Notes: generated from the letters alone by a model not told the origin. Numbered from the stretch's first letter, positions 1-10,487 are shown. The stretch is 64,000 bases of DNA from Bacillota bacterium (GCA_050952625.1 JBMNLH010000001.1:1024001-1088000), one strand, 5' to 3'. Numbers and translations are program-made.

Positions 1-99
1 TTCGTAAATATGTGCCAAGTATTGTCTTACCTTGAAATTCTGCTTGTCATATATGTCACTTTAACGTGATATAGAGAGATTTTTTCTTTACAGACCCTG

Positions 100-126
100 G
101 CAGGATATTGAGGGCTAGCGTCGAAT
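100..126 (+). promoter_or_regulatory. sigma-H-type promoter of spo0A with an overlapping 0A-box-like site
   Basis: GCAGGATATT...GTCGAAT fits the sigH consensus RNAGGAWWW-N11/12-RNNGAAT; CGTCGAA resembles the TGNCGAA 0A box. Confidence 0.6.
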
Positions 127-311
127 TGATAAGCAGAGATTTCTGAGATGTGACAGGGTAGGGAAGAATCAGTGTAACTGTTAGGTTTGTAGGAATTTTT
201 AGAGCAAATATTACATGATTCTATTTCCTGCTAAAATTGCTAGTATACATTGTTAAATATTTATTTGATTTCTAAATTAATTGTATACTTTTGAGGAGGC
301 GAAAACGGAAA

Positions 312-1076
312 ATGCCAAAAACAGTAAAAGTGGTGATAGCTGATGATAATCGTGAATTTTGTGAGATTTTAAAAGAGTATTTAGAAAGCCAGGATGATTT
401 TGAATTAGTAGGCATGGCAAATAATGGAAATGAGGCTCTGGAAATTATTCGTGAAAAACAACCGGATATTGTGGTATTGGATATAATTATGCCTCATCTG
501 GATGGTATTGGTGTTCTGGAAAGGTTGGCTACGGGTAATTACGGTAATCGACCAAGAATTGTGATGTTAACTGCTTTTGGACAAGAAAACATGACCCAAC
601 GGGCAGTTGAATTAGGAGCAGACTACTATATATTAAAACCATTCGATATCGAAGTAATGGGTAATCGATTACGACAGTTAGCTGACGGCCAGTCGTCTGT
701 TCCACCAACTCCAGTTAAAACAAGAAATTTAGATGTTGAAGTAACCAATATTATACATCAAATGGGAGTTCCGGCGCACATTAAAGGCTACCAATATCTG
801 CGGGATGCGATTATCTTGGTTATTGGAGAAATTAATCTATTAGGAGCGGTAACTAAAGAATTATACCCAATGATTGCCCAAAAATATGGCACCACGCCTA
901 GTCGGGTTGAACGGGCCATTCGTCATGCGATTGAATTAGCCTGGGATCGCGGTAATATTGACATGATGAATAAATTTTTTGGATATACGATTAATGTTGA
1001 ACGAGGCAAACCAACTAATTCTGAATTTATTGCCATGATTGCCGATAAACTGCGAATTGGAACTAAGCTTAATTAA
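312..1076 (+). CDS. spo0A: Sporulation master response regulator Spo0A
   Basis: Receiver domain ([10 protein letters not shown]) plus Spo0A C-terminal motifs [25 protein letters not shown] and KPTNSEFIA; ATG at 312 follows GAGGAGG. Confidence 0.98.
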   Translation: MPKTVKVVIADDNREFCEILKEYLESQDDFELVGMANNGNEALEIIREKQPDIVVLDIIMPHLDGIGVLERLATGNYGNRPRIVMLTAFGQENMTQRAVELGADYYILKPFDIEVMGNRLRQLADGQSSVPPTPVKTRNLDVEVTNIIHQMGVPAHIKGYQYLRDAIILVIGEINLLGAVTKELYPMIAQKYGTTPSRVERAIRHAIELAWDRGNIDMMNKFFGYTINVERGKPTNSEFIAMIADKLRIGTKLN

Positions 1077-1191
1077 ACAACATTATTTATTAAGTGCCGT
1101 GCATTCACATATTTATAATAATATCCAGCCAATTAATTATACATATTTAATTTAAGTTAATTTAGGTTAAGTTAAGTAGAGTTAAGGATAT

Positions 1192-1220
1192 AAAAAGGGC
1201 TTGTACTTCACAAGCCCTTT
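1192..1220. terminator. Probably bidirectional intrinsic terminator between spo0A and the convergent small ORF
   Basis: AAAAAGGGCTTGT-ACTTC-ACAAGCCCTTT hairpin. Confidence 0.7.
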
Positions 1221-1227
1221 CCAGGTG

Positions 1228-1380
1228 TTACCAAGCGGGATACTTTGTCGGATCTTCATGAGCTTTTTCAGACCTAAAAATATCATTGATACGCATCAAG
1301 GAGGAATTATCACCAGGATAACCCTTATGCAGCTCTTTCCGGTTTAGAGCTTCAACCAAATTAAATTTTCCAGGATTCAT
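1228..1380 (-). CDS. Small hypothetical protein, 50 aa (MNPGKFNLVEALNRKELHKGYPGDNSSLMRINDIFRSEKAHEDPTKYPAW)
   Basis: Manual minus-strand translation; AGGAGGTGA RBS just upstream of the ATG; terminator right after the stop. Confidence 0.7.
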   Translation of the reverse strand: MNPGKFNLVEALNRKELHKGYPGDNSSLMRINDIFRSEKAHEDPTKYPAW

Positions 1381-1770
1381 TTAATATCACCTCCTAAGAT
1401 ATTTTTCGCCTCAATTTCTAACAGGATACCTTGAACATAATTCCAGAATCCAAATTAGATCGAGCTTATTTTTTAAAAACTTTCAGTAATGATAATTATA
1501 TTCTCAAAATGATTGTATTTTTATGTATTTGGAGAGACAAGTGATTGTACCATTAATAAATCGATTAATAGTAGAATACCGGATATTTTTGCACCTTTTC
1601 TATTTTTGACTTCTTAAGAATAAAAGCATAATATTCTATTAGGGACGTATATTTAACACAGGCGATAAAATATTATTAACAGAGGTGAGTATACTTTCTA
1701 TTTAAGAAGACGAGACCGAGAAGAGGATTCCTGGGATGATGAAGAAGAAGAGGATGAATAAGTAGAGTTT

Positions 1771-1798
1771 TGTACCGTGGGAAACTACGGTACATTTT
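1771..1798 (+). terminator. Intrinsic terminator-like hairpin
   Basis: TGTACCGTG-GGAAAC-TACGGTACA followed by TTTT. Confidence 0.55.
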
Positions 1799-1928
1799 AT
1801 TTAATTAAAGATACTTAATTAAAGAGAGATTGTTTATAGTAAATAACAAATACTAATAGCCAATTATTTTGCAGGAAACTGTTAACAATATTAGACAAGA
1901 AAGAGTTGAGGAGGCTTCATAAGCAATA

Positions 1929-2354
1929 ATGTCAATAAAACATAAATATAGTTTGAAAGTAAAGAACTATGATATAGATTCATATGGACATGTAAATAGT
2001 GCTAACTATTTACATTATTTAGAGGACGCTCGAACGGCTTTTTTAGAAGAAATGGGTATTTCAATTAAGGATCTGCTTATTCAAGGGATTACTATTTTCT
2101 TGGCGGATATTTCAGTCCAATTTAAAAAGCAAGCATTATTAGGCGATCAGTTAGATATTTATGGGTGGTATGAGGAGGTTAAAAGAGTTAAGCTAAGGTG
2201 GCGGCAAGAAATATTCAATAACCAAACAGGGGAATTAATTGCTGTTGCCCGGACATCCGGAGCTTTTCTGAAAGATGGTAAGATAATCCCTATTCCGTTA
2301 CCTATTCGAGAGAAGATGTTGACCTACGCAGAAAATAAGGAGACTTGTGTTTAA
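1929..2354 (+). CDS. Acyl-CoA thioesterase, YbgC/4HBT hotdog family
   Basis: DIDSYGHVNSANYLHYLEDAR motif; GAGGAGG RBS. Confidence 0.85.
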   Translation: MSIKHKYSLKVKNYDIDSYGHVNSANYLHYLEDARTAFLEEMGISIKDLLIQGITIFLADISVQFKKQALLGDQLDIYGWYEEVKRVKLRWRQEIFNNQTGELIAVARTSGAFLKDGKIIPIPLPIREKMLTYAENKETCV

Positions 2355-2442
2355 ATCAGTCAGCAAACTAGGCTGGGAACCAACATCATCGGTTTGGAGC
2401 CGGCCTCAAACTCTGGGTTAATAATGTATATAGGTAGAAGGG

Positions 2443-3573
2443 ATGGCGAATGGAGTGGTTAACTCAAATCGGTTACTGAATGAATTTGTTAATCTGGTGA
2501 AGATTGATTCACCCTCTGGTGAAGAACGAAAACTGGCTGATTATTTAAAAAAGCACCTCACTGCCTTAAGTTTAGAGGTTATTGAAGACAATGCCGGTCA
2601 GGTTATGGGTACGGCAACCGGCAACCTGATTGCTCGGGTTCCAGGAAACCAGACCTTACCGACGATTTTTATCGGTGCCCATATGGATACGGTCCCAGGC
2701 CGGGGAATTGTCCCGGTTATCAGAGATAATGCTGTTTATTCTGATGGCAACACTATTTTAGGGGCCGATGATAAAGTAGGGATAGCAGCGATTCTAGAAG
2801 CAATACAAATAATGAAAGAAAATGACCTAGACCATGGGCCAATTGAATTGCTTTTCACAGTTGCCGAAGAAATCGGATTAAAAGGGGTCAAAAATCTTGA
2901 TTTTAGTCTGTTAAAAGCCAAGATGGGGTTTGTTTTGGACAGTGACGGAGAAATTGGTTCGATTATTATCCAAGGTCCTTGCCAAAATCAGCTTGAAGCG
3001 ACCATTATTGGCAAAGCAGCCCACGCCGGGATGAATCCCGAGGAGGGAATAAATGCGATTCAGGTGGCAGCCAGAGCGATTAATGCCATGCGTTTAGGTC
3101 GGATAGACGAGGAAACAACAGCTAATATTGGCATCATTCAGGGAGGCGAAGCTCGGAATATTGTGCCGGAAAAAGTATATCTAAAGGGTGAAACACGCAG
3201 TTTGAAACGACCTAGGCTAGAAGAAGAGACTCGATATATGCAGGATTGCCTGGAAAAAGCAGCCAAGGAGTTTGGTGCCAAAGTACAGACAGAGGTAGAA
3301 TTGCTTTACCCCGAATTCTGCCTCCAAGAATCTGACTTAGTAGTTCGCATTGCTCAAGAGGCTGCTAGCCGACTCGGACGAAAGGCCTCACTGGTGAAAA
3401 GCGGTGGAGGAAGTGATGCGAATATCTTAAATAGCCGGGGCCTGCCAACAGCTAATCTGGGAGTAGGTATGCGTCAGGTCCATACTCGGGAAGAGCATGT
3501 CTTTCTAAAGGATCTGAACTTATTGCCCTTGTATCTAGTAAAGATCTGTCAAGCAGTTTCTTGTAACAAATAA
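2443..3573 (+). CDS. M20B peptidase T-like metallohydrolase (YqjE-like)
   Basis: AHMDTV, LGADDK, EEIG, GGGSDAN and HT.EE motifs. Confidence 0.9.
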   Translation: MANGVVNSNRLLNEFVNLVKIDSPSGEERKLADYLKKHLTALSLEVIEDNAGQVMGTATGNLIARVPGNQTLPTIFIGAHMDTVPGRGIVPVIRDNAVYSDGNTILGADDKVGIAAILEAIQIMKENDLDHGPIELLFTVAEEIGLKGVKNLDFSLLKAKMGFVLDSDGEIGSIIIQGPCQNQLEATIIGKAAHAGMNPEEGINAIQVAARAINAMRLGRIDEETTANIGIIQGGEARNIVPEKVYLKGETRSLKRPRLEEETRYMQDCLEKAAKEFGAKVQTEVELLYPEFCLQESDLVVRIAQEAASRLGRKASLVKSGGGSDANILNSRGLPTANLGVGMRQVHTREEHVFLKDLNLLPLYLVKICQAVSCNK

Positions 3574-3584
3574 AGCAAGTAGTT

Positions 3585-3685
3585 TTAAACTGAATCAGAC
3601 AACTCCGACTTCTGTAGGGGTTAACTTGTTTAAGAGCAGCGTCTCCATCTGGAGCCTCAATGTTCAGCGAAGCTGAATGAGAACA
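3585..3685 (+). repeat. Repeat family A copy 1 (IS200/IS605-end-like non-autonomous element, internally deleted)
   Basis: CTGAATCA...ACTTCTGTAG...CTTGTTTAA...CTCCATCTGGAGCCTCAATGTTCAGCGAAGCTGAATGAG aligns by eye with the copies at 36793 and 38536. Confidence 0.7.
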
Positions 3686-3692
3686 TCATGAG

Positions 3693-3821
3693 TTAGTTTA
3701 AAGAAACCCTGATTAGATCGGATAACAACGTATAAGTCCTGGCTAATTCCCGGATTTCAGCAGTTACCTCACGCACTGAGCCCCTCCAGATGACTGAATT
3801 TCGACCAGTAATCATCAGCAT
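3693..3821 (-). CDS. mciZ: Z-ring inhibitor MciZ-like peptide, 42 aa (MLMITGRNSVIWRGSVREVTAEIRELARTYTLLSDLIRVSLN)
   Basis: Manual translation; AAGGATGGTG RBS; size, the V-x-x-x-G-x-x-x-E-I/V pattern and the position divergent from nudF match B. subtilis mciZ as I recall it. Confidence 0.65.
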   Translation of the reverse strand: MLMITGRNSVIWRGSVREVTAEIRELARTYTLLSDLIRVSLN

Positions 3822-3980
3822 TGATTAATCACCATCCTTATTGGTTGGATTATTAGCAGTATTCTTTGGTATTATTAACCATCTAGACCTATTTTATTTT
3901 ATTAGCTGCGGTTTTATGCCTTTCAAGATCACTTGATTAGCTTTTGCACATTATATTTAGGCGAATTGGAGGCAAATGAA

Positions 3981-4508
3981 TTGAATCTAGCTGAGAAAAC
4001 CTTAAGTTCAGAGTATGTTTATCAAGGGAGGATGATCAATCTCCGAGTTGATCAAGTTGAGTTGCCTGATGGTAAGTCGGCCCAAAGAGAAATTGTTGAG
4101 CATCCGGGAGCAGTTGCCGTTGTTGCTTTAACTAACAATCGAGAATTAGTTATGGTTAGACAGTATCGTAAACCAATAGATAAAGTGATTCTCGAAATAC
4201 CGGCTGGCAAATTAAATCATAACGAGGATCCTGAAATATGTGCTCAGCGTGAATTATTGGAAGAAACCGGGTATCAGGCGGGTCAATTGTCTTTAATCGC
4301 TCGGTACTATACCACGCCCGGATTCAGTGATGAAGTGATGTACCTTTACCTGGCGAGGAAATTAATCGAATTGGAACAATCCCCAGATGAAGATGAATTT
4401 ATTGAAATGACTCGAGTACCTTTAGCAACAGCTCAACAGATGGTTTTAACAGGAGAGATTCAGGATGCTAAGACGATTATTGGGATTTTAGCTTTGAATA
4501 GCTTTTGA
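3981..4508 (+). CDS. nudF: ADP-ribose pyrophosphatase (Nudix)
   Basis: REIVEHPGAV and Nudix box PAGKL...CAQRELLEETG; TTG at 3981 follows GGAGG. Confidence 0.9.
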   Translation: MNLAEKTLSSEYVYQGRMINLRVDQVELPDGKSAQREIVEHPGAVAVVALTNNRELVMVRQYRKPIDKVILEIPAGKLNHNEDPEICAQRELLEETGYQAGQLSLIARYYTTPGFSDEVMYLYLARKLIELEQSPDEDEFIEMTRVPLATAQQMVLTGEIQDAKTIIGILALNSF

Positions 4509-4671
4509 CTTAATGGTTACTATCATTGATTTTTCCTTATTATTGACGAGTTGCTTAGCAGCATAAAAGTCTCTAGATTGTACCCAGCAAAATTACCAAA
4601 TAAGGTTAAGAATAAAAAATTTTTTCTCGCATACTATTTTATAGAATTAGAAGGAGCGAGGAGAGGGGGCC

Positions 4672-5301
4672 ATGACTAAACTAAGTGAAGTAGTCAAAGG
4701 GTTCCTACGAGAGCATTTCCAGCTGGCAGTGTTGGTCCTGCTCTTTTTTATTGTCGGATCTATTCTTGGCGGAATAAGTGTTACTCATTTACATCAGGAA
4801 CAACAAACCGCCTTAAAAAACTATCTTGACCAGAATTTCCAACTTTTAGCTGACCAGCCGGTTAACCGGATTACCGTTGTGGGGCAAACTGTTCTAGGCA
4901 ACCTTAAAATAGGAATTAGCCTATGGTTCTTAGGTTTGACAGTAATTGGACTTCCCCTAATCGGGCTAATTATCCTTGTTCGTGGCTTTATCCTTGGCTT
5001 TACCACTGGTTTTTTAATTCAACAAAAAAGTCTCCAGGGAGCGGTTTTAATCATTTTAGGCATTATCCCGCAAAACCTTATTTATATTCCTTTTTTATTA
5101 CTTGGCGGAGTTCTGTCTATATCTTTTTCTCTGTACTTAATTCGGGGAAGGATTTCGGTTGCCCGGACCATGTGGACTAGATTCTTTAGTTACTCGTTGT
5201 CAATGTTCTTAATTATTATCGGCTTGATCATCGCCGGATTAATTGAAGGTCTGGTCGCGCCAGCTTTTTTACGGTTATTAATTCCAGTAATCAGTTCTTG
5301 A
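4672..5301 (+). CDS. spoIIM: Stage II sporulation protein M
   Basis: Polytopic membrane protein with GLTVIGLP...RGFILGFT and PQNL; lies between nudF and xerD; sigE-like ATA...CATACTAT upstream. Confidence 0.9.
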   Translation: MTKLSEVVKGFLREHFQLAVLVLLFFIVGSILGGISVTHLHQEQQTALKNYLDQNFQLLADQPVNRITVVGQTVLGNLKIGISLWFLGLTVIGLPLIGLIILVRGFILGFTTGFLIQQKSLQGAVLIILGIIPQNLIYIPFLLLGGVLSISFSLYLIRGRISVARTMWTRFFSYSLSMFLIIIGLIIAGLIEGLVAPAFLRLLIPVISS

Positions 5302-5382
5302 TATTATTAGGGTTTTTGTGAGCAGGATTTTTATGGATTGCATAGAAGTAGTCAGAGGGAAAGCAGACGGGGGTGCGGCGTT

Positions 5383-6270
5383 ATGCATAAAACGATGGAG
5401 AACTTTATTCATTACCTGGCAGTGGAACGAGGACTCTCGCCCAACACCTTGGATTCATACCAGCAGGATCTTCAGCAGTTTTATAAATATCTTCAGGGTG
5501 TAAAAGTCGATTCGTGGCAAGAGGTTTCCCAGGGAGATATTTTAGGTTACGTTTACTCCTTGCAAAAAAAAGGACGAGCCTCGACAACCATCTCCCGTCA
5601 TTTGGCAGCTTTAAAATCTTTTTATCATTTTTTGTTTTCCGAGGGAGAGGTCGCCAAAAATCCAACAAAGACTCTAGAGTTACCTCGTTTACATAAAAAA
5701 TTGCCTCAGGTCCTATCGGTTTCAGAGGTTGACCTTCTTTTAAGTCAGCCAAAACTGGATAACCCAGCTGGAATAAGAGACAAAGCCATGTTAGAATTAC
5801 TGTATGCTACTGGCCTTCGAGTGTCGGAGATGGTTTCTTTAAAATTGGAGGATATTAACCTGGCCGGAGGTTACCTAAGATGTTTTGGCAAAGGGTCTAA
5901 AGAGAGGATTGTTCCGCTGGGGAAAGTGGCCAGGTATTGTCTTGAAGAATACCTGGTAAAATCGCGAGGAAAACTAACTCAAGGCCGTTCAGAACAAAGC
6001 CTTTTTGTCAACTATCATGGGAAGACAATGACCCGTCAAGGATTTTGGAAGATTGTGAAACAGTATGCTAAACGAGCCCGGATTGAAAAACCGATTACTC
6101 CACACATCTTAAGGCATTCATTTGCGACCCACTTATTAGAAAATGGAGCTGATCTCCGTTCTGTTCAAGAAATGCTGGGGCATGCCGATATCGCGACCAC
6201 GCAGATCTATACCCACCTGACAAAAAGTCGTTTAAAGCAAGTTTACGATAGCACCCATCCTCGGGCCTGA
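5383..6270 (+). CDS. xerD: Tyrosine recombinase XerD
   Basis: RDKAMLELLYATGLRVSE, GKGSKER, HILRHSFATH and LGHADIATTQIY motifs. Confidence 0.95.
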   Translation: MHKTMENFIHYLAVERGLSPNTLDSYQQDLQQFYKYLQGVKVDSWQEVSQGDILGYVYSLQKKGRASTTISRHLAALKSFYHFLFSEGEVAKNPTKTLELPRLHKKLPQVLSVSEVDLLLSQPKLDNPAGIRDKAMLELLYATGLRVSEMVSLKLEDINLAGGYLRCFGKGSKERIVPLGKVARYCLEEYLVKSRGKLTQGRSEQSLFVNYHGKTMTRQGFWKIVKQYAKRARIEKPITPHILRHSFATHLLENGADLRSVQEMLGHADIATTQIYTHLTKSRLKQVYDSTHPRA

Positions 6271-6407
6271 AGTTATATTCAATAGCAGGGAAACTTGAAC
6301 GAGCCGGTCGTCTTCTATCCGCGTTTGATCATACTTATCAAGTTATTCAGTGTTCGTAACCTATTCTACGTCTTGCGTTTAACCTTTTATGTATCTCAAT
6401 TAAGGAA

Positions 6408-7604
6408 GTGAAACTATTGATACAACGTGTTCTACTAATTGTTTTGGATGGACTGGGGATTGGAGCTTTGCCGGATGCGGACCTATATGGAGACGTTGGA
6501 AGCAATACCCTGGGAAATTTAGCTAGGCAATATGGCAGATTATCTTTACCTAATCTGGAAAAGATGGGTTTGGGAAATATCATCCCCGTTCAGGGAGTAG
6601 GCCCGGTCCAGGCACCAACTGCCGCTTATGGGCGATTAGCCGAACAATCTCCGGGCAAAGATACAACTACCGGCCATTGGGAATTGGCTGGTATTATTCT
6701 TTCTGAACCATTTCCGGTTTTTCCCAAGGGATTTCCCGCAGATTTGATTCAGCAATTTGAGAAAAAAATCGGGCGAAAAACTCTCGGTAATGTGGTGGCC
6801 TCCGGCACAGAAATTATCAAACAACTGGGCCCGCTGCACCAAGAAACTGGCTATCCGATTGTTTATACCTCAGCGGACAGTGTCTTTCAGATTGCGGCTC
6901 ATGAGCAAGTTATCCCGGTACCGGAATTATACCGAATGTGCGAAATTGCTCGGGACATGTTGACCGGGCCTTATGGTGTCGGGCGGGTGATCGCCCGACC
7001 CTTTGAGGGAAAACCCGGTAATTATCAGCGGACCGTCCGGCGTCATGACTATTCGATTAAGCCAATTGGTCCAACGGTTCTTGATCAAATTAAGAATGCC
7101 GGGCAGCAGGTTATTGGGGTGGGTAAAATTTATGATATTTTTGCTGGCCAAGGAATCACCCAAACCTTCCCGACTGGGAATAACCTCGAAGGGATTAATC
7201 GAATCCTGAGTTTGCAAGAAAATTGCGAATGGCGAGGACTCTTATGGGCCAATCTGGTTGATTTTGATATGCTCTGGGGACATCGAAATGACGTTGATGG
7301 GTATGCCCAAGGTTTAGCGGAGTTTGACCGGTTTTTACCTTCAATTATTCAGGCTTTGAGGGAAGAAGATGTTTTGCTGATTACGGCTGACCATGGATGT
7401 GATCCAACTACCGCCAGCACCGATCATTCTCGGGAATATGTCCCTTTGTTAATATATGGAAAACTGATTCGAGCCGGTCAAAACTTGGGTACCCGACCTA
7501 CCTTTGCTGACGTGGGAGCCACAGTGGCCGAACTGCTCGGTCTGGAACCTTTGCCCACCGGCACTAGTCTGGCCAAAATAATAATAAACTCTAGGGTCAG
7601 TTAA
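6408..7604 (+). CDS. deoB: Phosphopentomutase
   Basis: [30 protein letters not shown] and TADHGCDP motifs. Confidence 0.96.
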   Translation: MKLLIQRVLLIVLDGLGIGALPDADLYGDVGSNTLGNLARQYGRLSLPNLEKMGLGNIIPVQGVGPVQAPTAAYGRLAEQSPGKDTTTGHWELAGIILSEPFPVFPKGFPADLIQQFEKKIGRKTLGNVVASGTEIIKQLGPLHQETGYPIVYTSADSVFQIAAHEQVIPVPELYRMCEIARDMLTGPYGVGRVIARPFEGKPGNYQRTVRRHDYSIKPIGPTVLDQIKNAGQQVIGVGKIYDIFAGQGITQTFPTGNNLEGINRILSLQENCEWRGLLWANLVDFDMLWGHRNDVDGYAQGLAEFDRFLPSIIQALREEDVLLITADHGCDPTTASTDHSREYVPLLIYGKLIRAGQNLGTRPTFADVGATVAELLGLEPLPTGTSLAKIIINSRVS

Positions 7605-7684
7605 CTGACTGCCCGTTGGTCATAGGAATCTGCGGTGAGCAGTGTTAGAGAATAATGAGAACGCTATAGGGGGCAAAACGGGAA

Positions 7685-9013
7685 ATGCGCGTCTATGATA
7701 TCATTTGTCGAAAAAAAGAAGGAAAAGCACTAACCTTGCCAGAAATGGAATTTTTAATAAATGGCTATGTCCAAAATCGCGTGCCCGATTATCAAATTGC
7801 GGCTTGGGCAATGGCTGTATATTTCCAGGGAATGACCGCTGAAGAAATAGTCAATCTCACTCGGACGATGGTGGCTTCTGGAGAGATGATTGATCTGTCT
7901 TCGATTCCGGGAGTCAAGCTGGACAAGCACAGTACCGGAGGGGTTGGGGACACAACAACCCTGGTGTTGGCTCCCCTGATTGCCGCGGCTGGCGGACGGA
8001 TGGCTAAAATGTCTGGTCGAGGGCTGGGGCATACTGGCGGGACCCTGGATAAATTTGAGGCCATCCCCGGTTTTCAGGTAGAATTGACTCAACCTGAGTT
8101 TATAGAGATTGTGGGACGGGTCGGTGCCGCCGTAGTTGGACAGACTGGGAATCTGGTGCCGGCTGATAAAAAACTATATGCGCTGCGGGATGTTACGGCG
8201 ACCGTGGATAGTATCCCGTTAATCGCTAGTAGTGTAATGAGTAAAAAAATTGCGGCCGGGGCCGAGGCCATCGTCTTGGATGTTAAGGCCGGCCATGGAG
8301 CTTTAGTTAAAGAAATTGATGAGGCATTTGTTCTGGCCCGGACCCTGGTGGAAATCGGGGATCAGATGAATCGTGAGACGGTAGCCATTGTCACGGGTAT
8401 GGATCAACCGCTTGGCTTTGCGGTCGGTAATGCCCTGGAAGTTATCGAAGCAGTTGAAACCCTGCAAGGCAATGGACCACCTGATCTGCGGGAAATTTGC
8501 CTGGTCTTAGGAGCCCACCTGTTGGTTATCGGTAAGGTTGTCCAAACCTTGAACGAGGGAAGATCCCGGTGCGAAGAAGTCTTGCGTTCCGGGAGGGCTT
8601 TAACCAAACTCGAAGAGATGGTTAAGGCCCAGAAGGGAGATCCAGCTTCTCTGCGAGACTGGTGTCGTCTTCCTCAGGCGCAAACGACTGTGGAAGTATC
8701 TAGCTCAATGACCGGATTTGTCCACCGGATTCTCGCTGAAGAGATTGGGATAGCCGCAACCTTGCTTGGAGCCGGACGAGAAACTAAAGAATCTCGGATT
8801 GACCCGGCTGTCGGGATTGTTCTAAAAAAGAAGATCGGCGATCCGGTAGAGGCTGGCGAGCCATTAGCCCTGCTGCATATCAACGATTCTACGCGGCTGG
8901 AAATTGTAAGCCGGAAAGTTAAGAACGCCTTTCAAATAAGCGAGGAACAAGTAACCGCCCCACCCCTGATTTACGGAATAGTCACTAGTAAAGGTGAAGA
9001 ACGATATCTTTAA
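7685..9013 (+). CDS. pdp: Pyrimidine-nucleoside phosphorylase
   Basis: DKHSTGGVGD, KMSGRGLGHTGGT and ADKKLYALRDVT motifs. Confidence 0.95.
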   Translation: MRVYDIICRKKEGKALTLPEMEFLINGYVQNRVPDYQIAAWAMAVYFQGMTAEEIVNLTRTMVASGEMIDLSSIPGVKLDKHSTGGVGDTTTLVLAPLIAAAGGRMAKMSGRGLGHTGGTLDKFEAIPGFQVELTQPEFIEIVGRVGAAVVGQTGNLVPADKKLYALRDVTATVDSIPLIASSVMSKKIAAGAEAIVLDVKAGHGALVKEIDEAFVLARTLVEIGDQMNRETVAIVTGMDQPLGFAVGNALEVIEAVETLQGNGPPDLREICLVLGAHLLVIGKVVQTLNEGRSRCEEVLRSGRALTKLEEMVKAQKGDPASLRDWCRLPQAQTTVEVSSSMTGFVHRILAEEIGIAATLLGAGRETKESRIDPAVGIVLKKKIGDPVEAGEPLALLHINDSTRLEIVSRKVKNAFQISEEQVTAPPLIYGIVTSKGEERYL

Positions 9014-9080
9014 ACGGTCCGGGGTATAGATAATAAGGAATTATGCCAAAATAAGGCCAGAACTGAAAGGAGGAAAAAGT

Positions 9081-10256
9081 ATGATCCACCAGAAAGCTAA
9101 TAAGAAGCTTATCACGATTACCTGGTTGGTGGTTGCAGTTCTGGCATTTAGTTTATGGACCCCGCCGATTATGGCTGCTGAGGTGCCTCTTGAGGCTGAT
9201 TCAGCCATTCTGATAGAGGCCAGTACCGGACAGGTTTTGTACGATAAGAACAGCCATCAGGCTCAAGCACCGGCTAGTGTGACTAAATTAATGACCCTGG
9301 TAGTCGCCTTTGAGGCCATAGAAAACGGCAAGGGGGAATTATCTGATAAGGTCGTAACCAGTGAGAATGCCTGGCGATTGGGCGGGTCGCAGATTTATTT
9401 GGAACCGGGTGAGGAAATGACCCTTGAAGAGCTCCTGATTGCCATCGCCGTCGGCTCTGCTAATGATGCCTGTGTCGCAGTAGCGGAGCATCTTTTCGGG
9501 ACACACGAGGAATTTGTTGAGGTGATGAACGAGAAGGCCCGGGAATTAGGCTTGAAAAACACTCATTTTGTGAACAGCTATGGTCTGCCGGCAGAAGGGC
9601 ATTATTCCTCTCCGTACGACATGGCTCAGATCAGCCGATATGCGTTGCGCTTCCCGAAGTTATTGGAGATGACCTCTATTAAAGAGTATGATCTGCGGGG
9701 GGGAGAGTTCCATTTATATAATACAAACAAGCTATTATGGTGGTATAAAGGAGCCGATGGGTTTAAAACCGGTTGGACCAATGAAGCTCGTTACTGTCTG
9801 GCCTCTACAGCGGAGAGAGATGGGTTGCGGTTGATCGCGGTGGTTTTTGGTTCACCACAGCGGCACGGAAATTTTCGAGACTGTATGAAGTTATTAAACT
9901 ATGGGTTTGCTCAATATGCCTTTAAAACTGTAGCTGAGGCTGGCCAGACTTGTGGAGTAGTCAATGTCGGTAAAGGAGCAGCCGAAACAGTGGAGGTTGT
10001 TGTCAGTGAGCCGGCCGGGGCACTGATTACCAAAGGACAGGATAAAGGGATAACTTCACGGGTAGAGCTCCCAGAATCAATAACCGCACCGATTAGTCAG
10101 GGTCAAAAACTGGGAGAATTGGTTATCTGCCAGGGAGAAGAGGAGCTATCACGATTTGATTTGCTGGCAAAACAGGATGTCGCCAAAGGTTCCTTGAGCA
10201 GTCAGATCGGTAAAACATTTAACGATATTATTCAGCTTGACAAACGGGTGTTCTAA
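9081..10256 (+). CDS. dacF: D-alanyl-D-alanine carboxypeptidase DacF
   Basis: SxxK (SVTK), SxN (SAN) and KTG motifs; signal peptide; directly upstream of spoIIA. Confidence 0.88.
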   Translation: MIHQKANKKLITITWLVVAVLAFSLWTPPIMAAEVPLEADSAILIEASTGQVLYDKNSHQAQAPASVTKLMTLVVAFEAIENGKGELSDKVVTSENAWRLGGSQIYLEPGEEMTLEELLIAIAVGSANDACVAVAEHLFGTHEEFVEVMNEKARELGLKNTHFVNSYGLPAEGHYSSPYDMAQISRYALRFPKLLEMTSIKEYDLRGGEFHLYNTNKLLWWYKGADGFKTGWTNEARYCLASTAERDGLRLIAVVFGSPQRHGNFRDCMKLLNYGFAQYAFKTVAEAGQTCGVVNVGKGAAETVEVVVSEPAGALITKGQDKGITSRVELPESITAPISQGQKLGELVICQGEEELSRFDLLAKQDVAKGSLSSQIGKTFNDIIQLDKRVF

Positions 10257-10305
10257 AAAACCTATTTTATGGACAATAGAATAATATAATAGGATGATTC
10301 TCAAA

Positions 10306-10435
10306 CTGAAATATCCTAAAGGAATTCACCTCTTTGCGTTGTAGAGTTTATGGTGGGCTTACCTAATATTTCTACATCCATAGGGGTGATTTCCTTTGTT
10401 TCAGGGGCTAGTAAGCAATAAAATCAAGGGTTTTC
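10306..10435 (-). mobile_element. Probable IS-end/transposase-leader remnant
   Basis: ~100-nt hairpin AAAGGAATTCACC...GGTGATTTCCTTT enclosing GTAGA...TCTAC, with AAATCAAGGG next to it; resembles Firmicute IS leader regions as recalled; no transposase ORF. Confidence 0.4.
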
Positions 10436-10487
10436 AGTTATGCAATTTGCTCACTTAAGAAAATGACACGTTTTTTATAGCTCGTGT

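Noticed and set aside
1144-1187. TTAAG-like 5-mer run after spo0A
   Set aside because: Short, degenerate, AT-rich low-complexity sequence with no spacers; not a CRISPR or iteron array
1486-1506. Fur-box-like TAATGATAATTATATTCTCA
   Set aside because: Half-site spacing is off by two and the AT-rich context makes a chance match likely
1666-1761. Acidic reading frame ...RRRDREEDSWDDEEEEDE* before a terminator
   Set aside because: No ATG/GTG/TTG after the upstream in-frame stop; at best a gene relic
5383-6270. Tyrosine recombinase as a possible integrase
   Set aside because: Sequence and spoIIM-xerD-deoB context identify housekeeping XerD; no att sites or cargo seen
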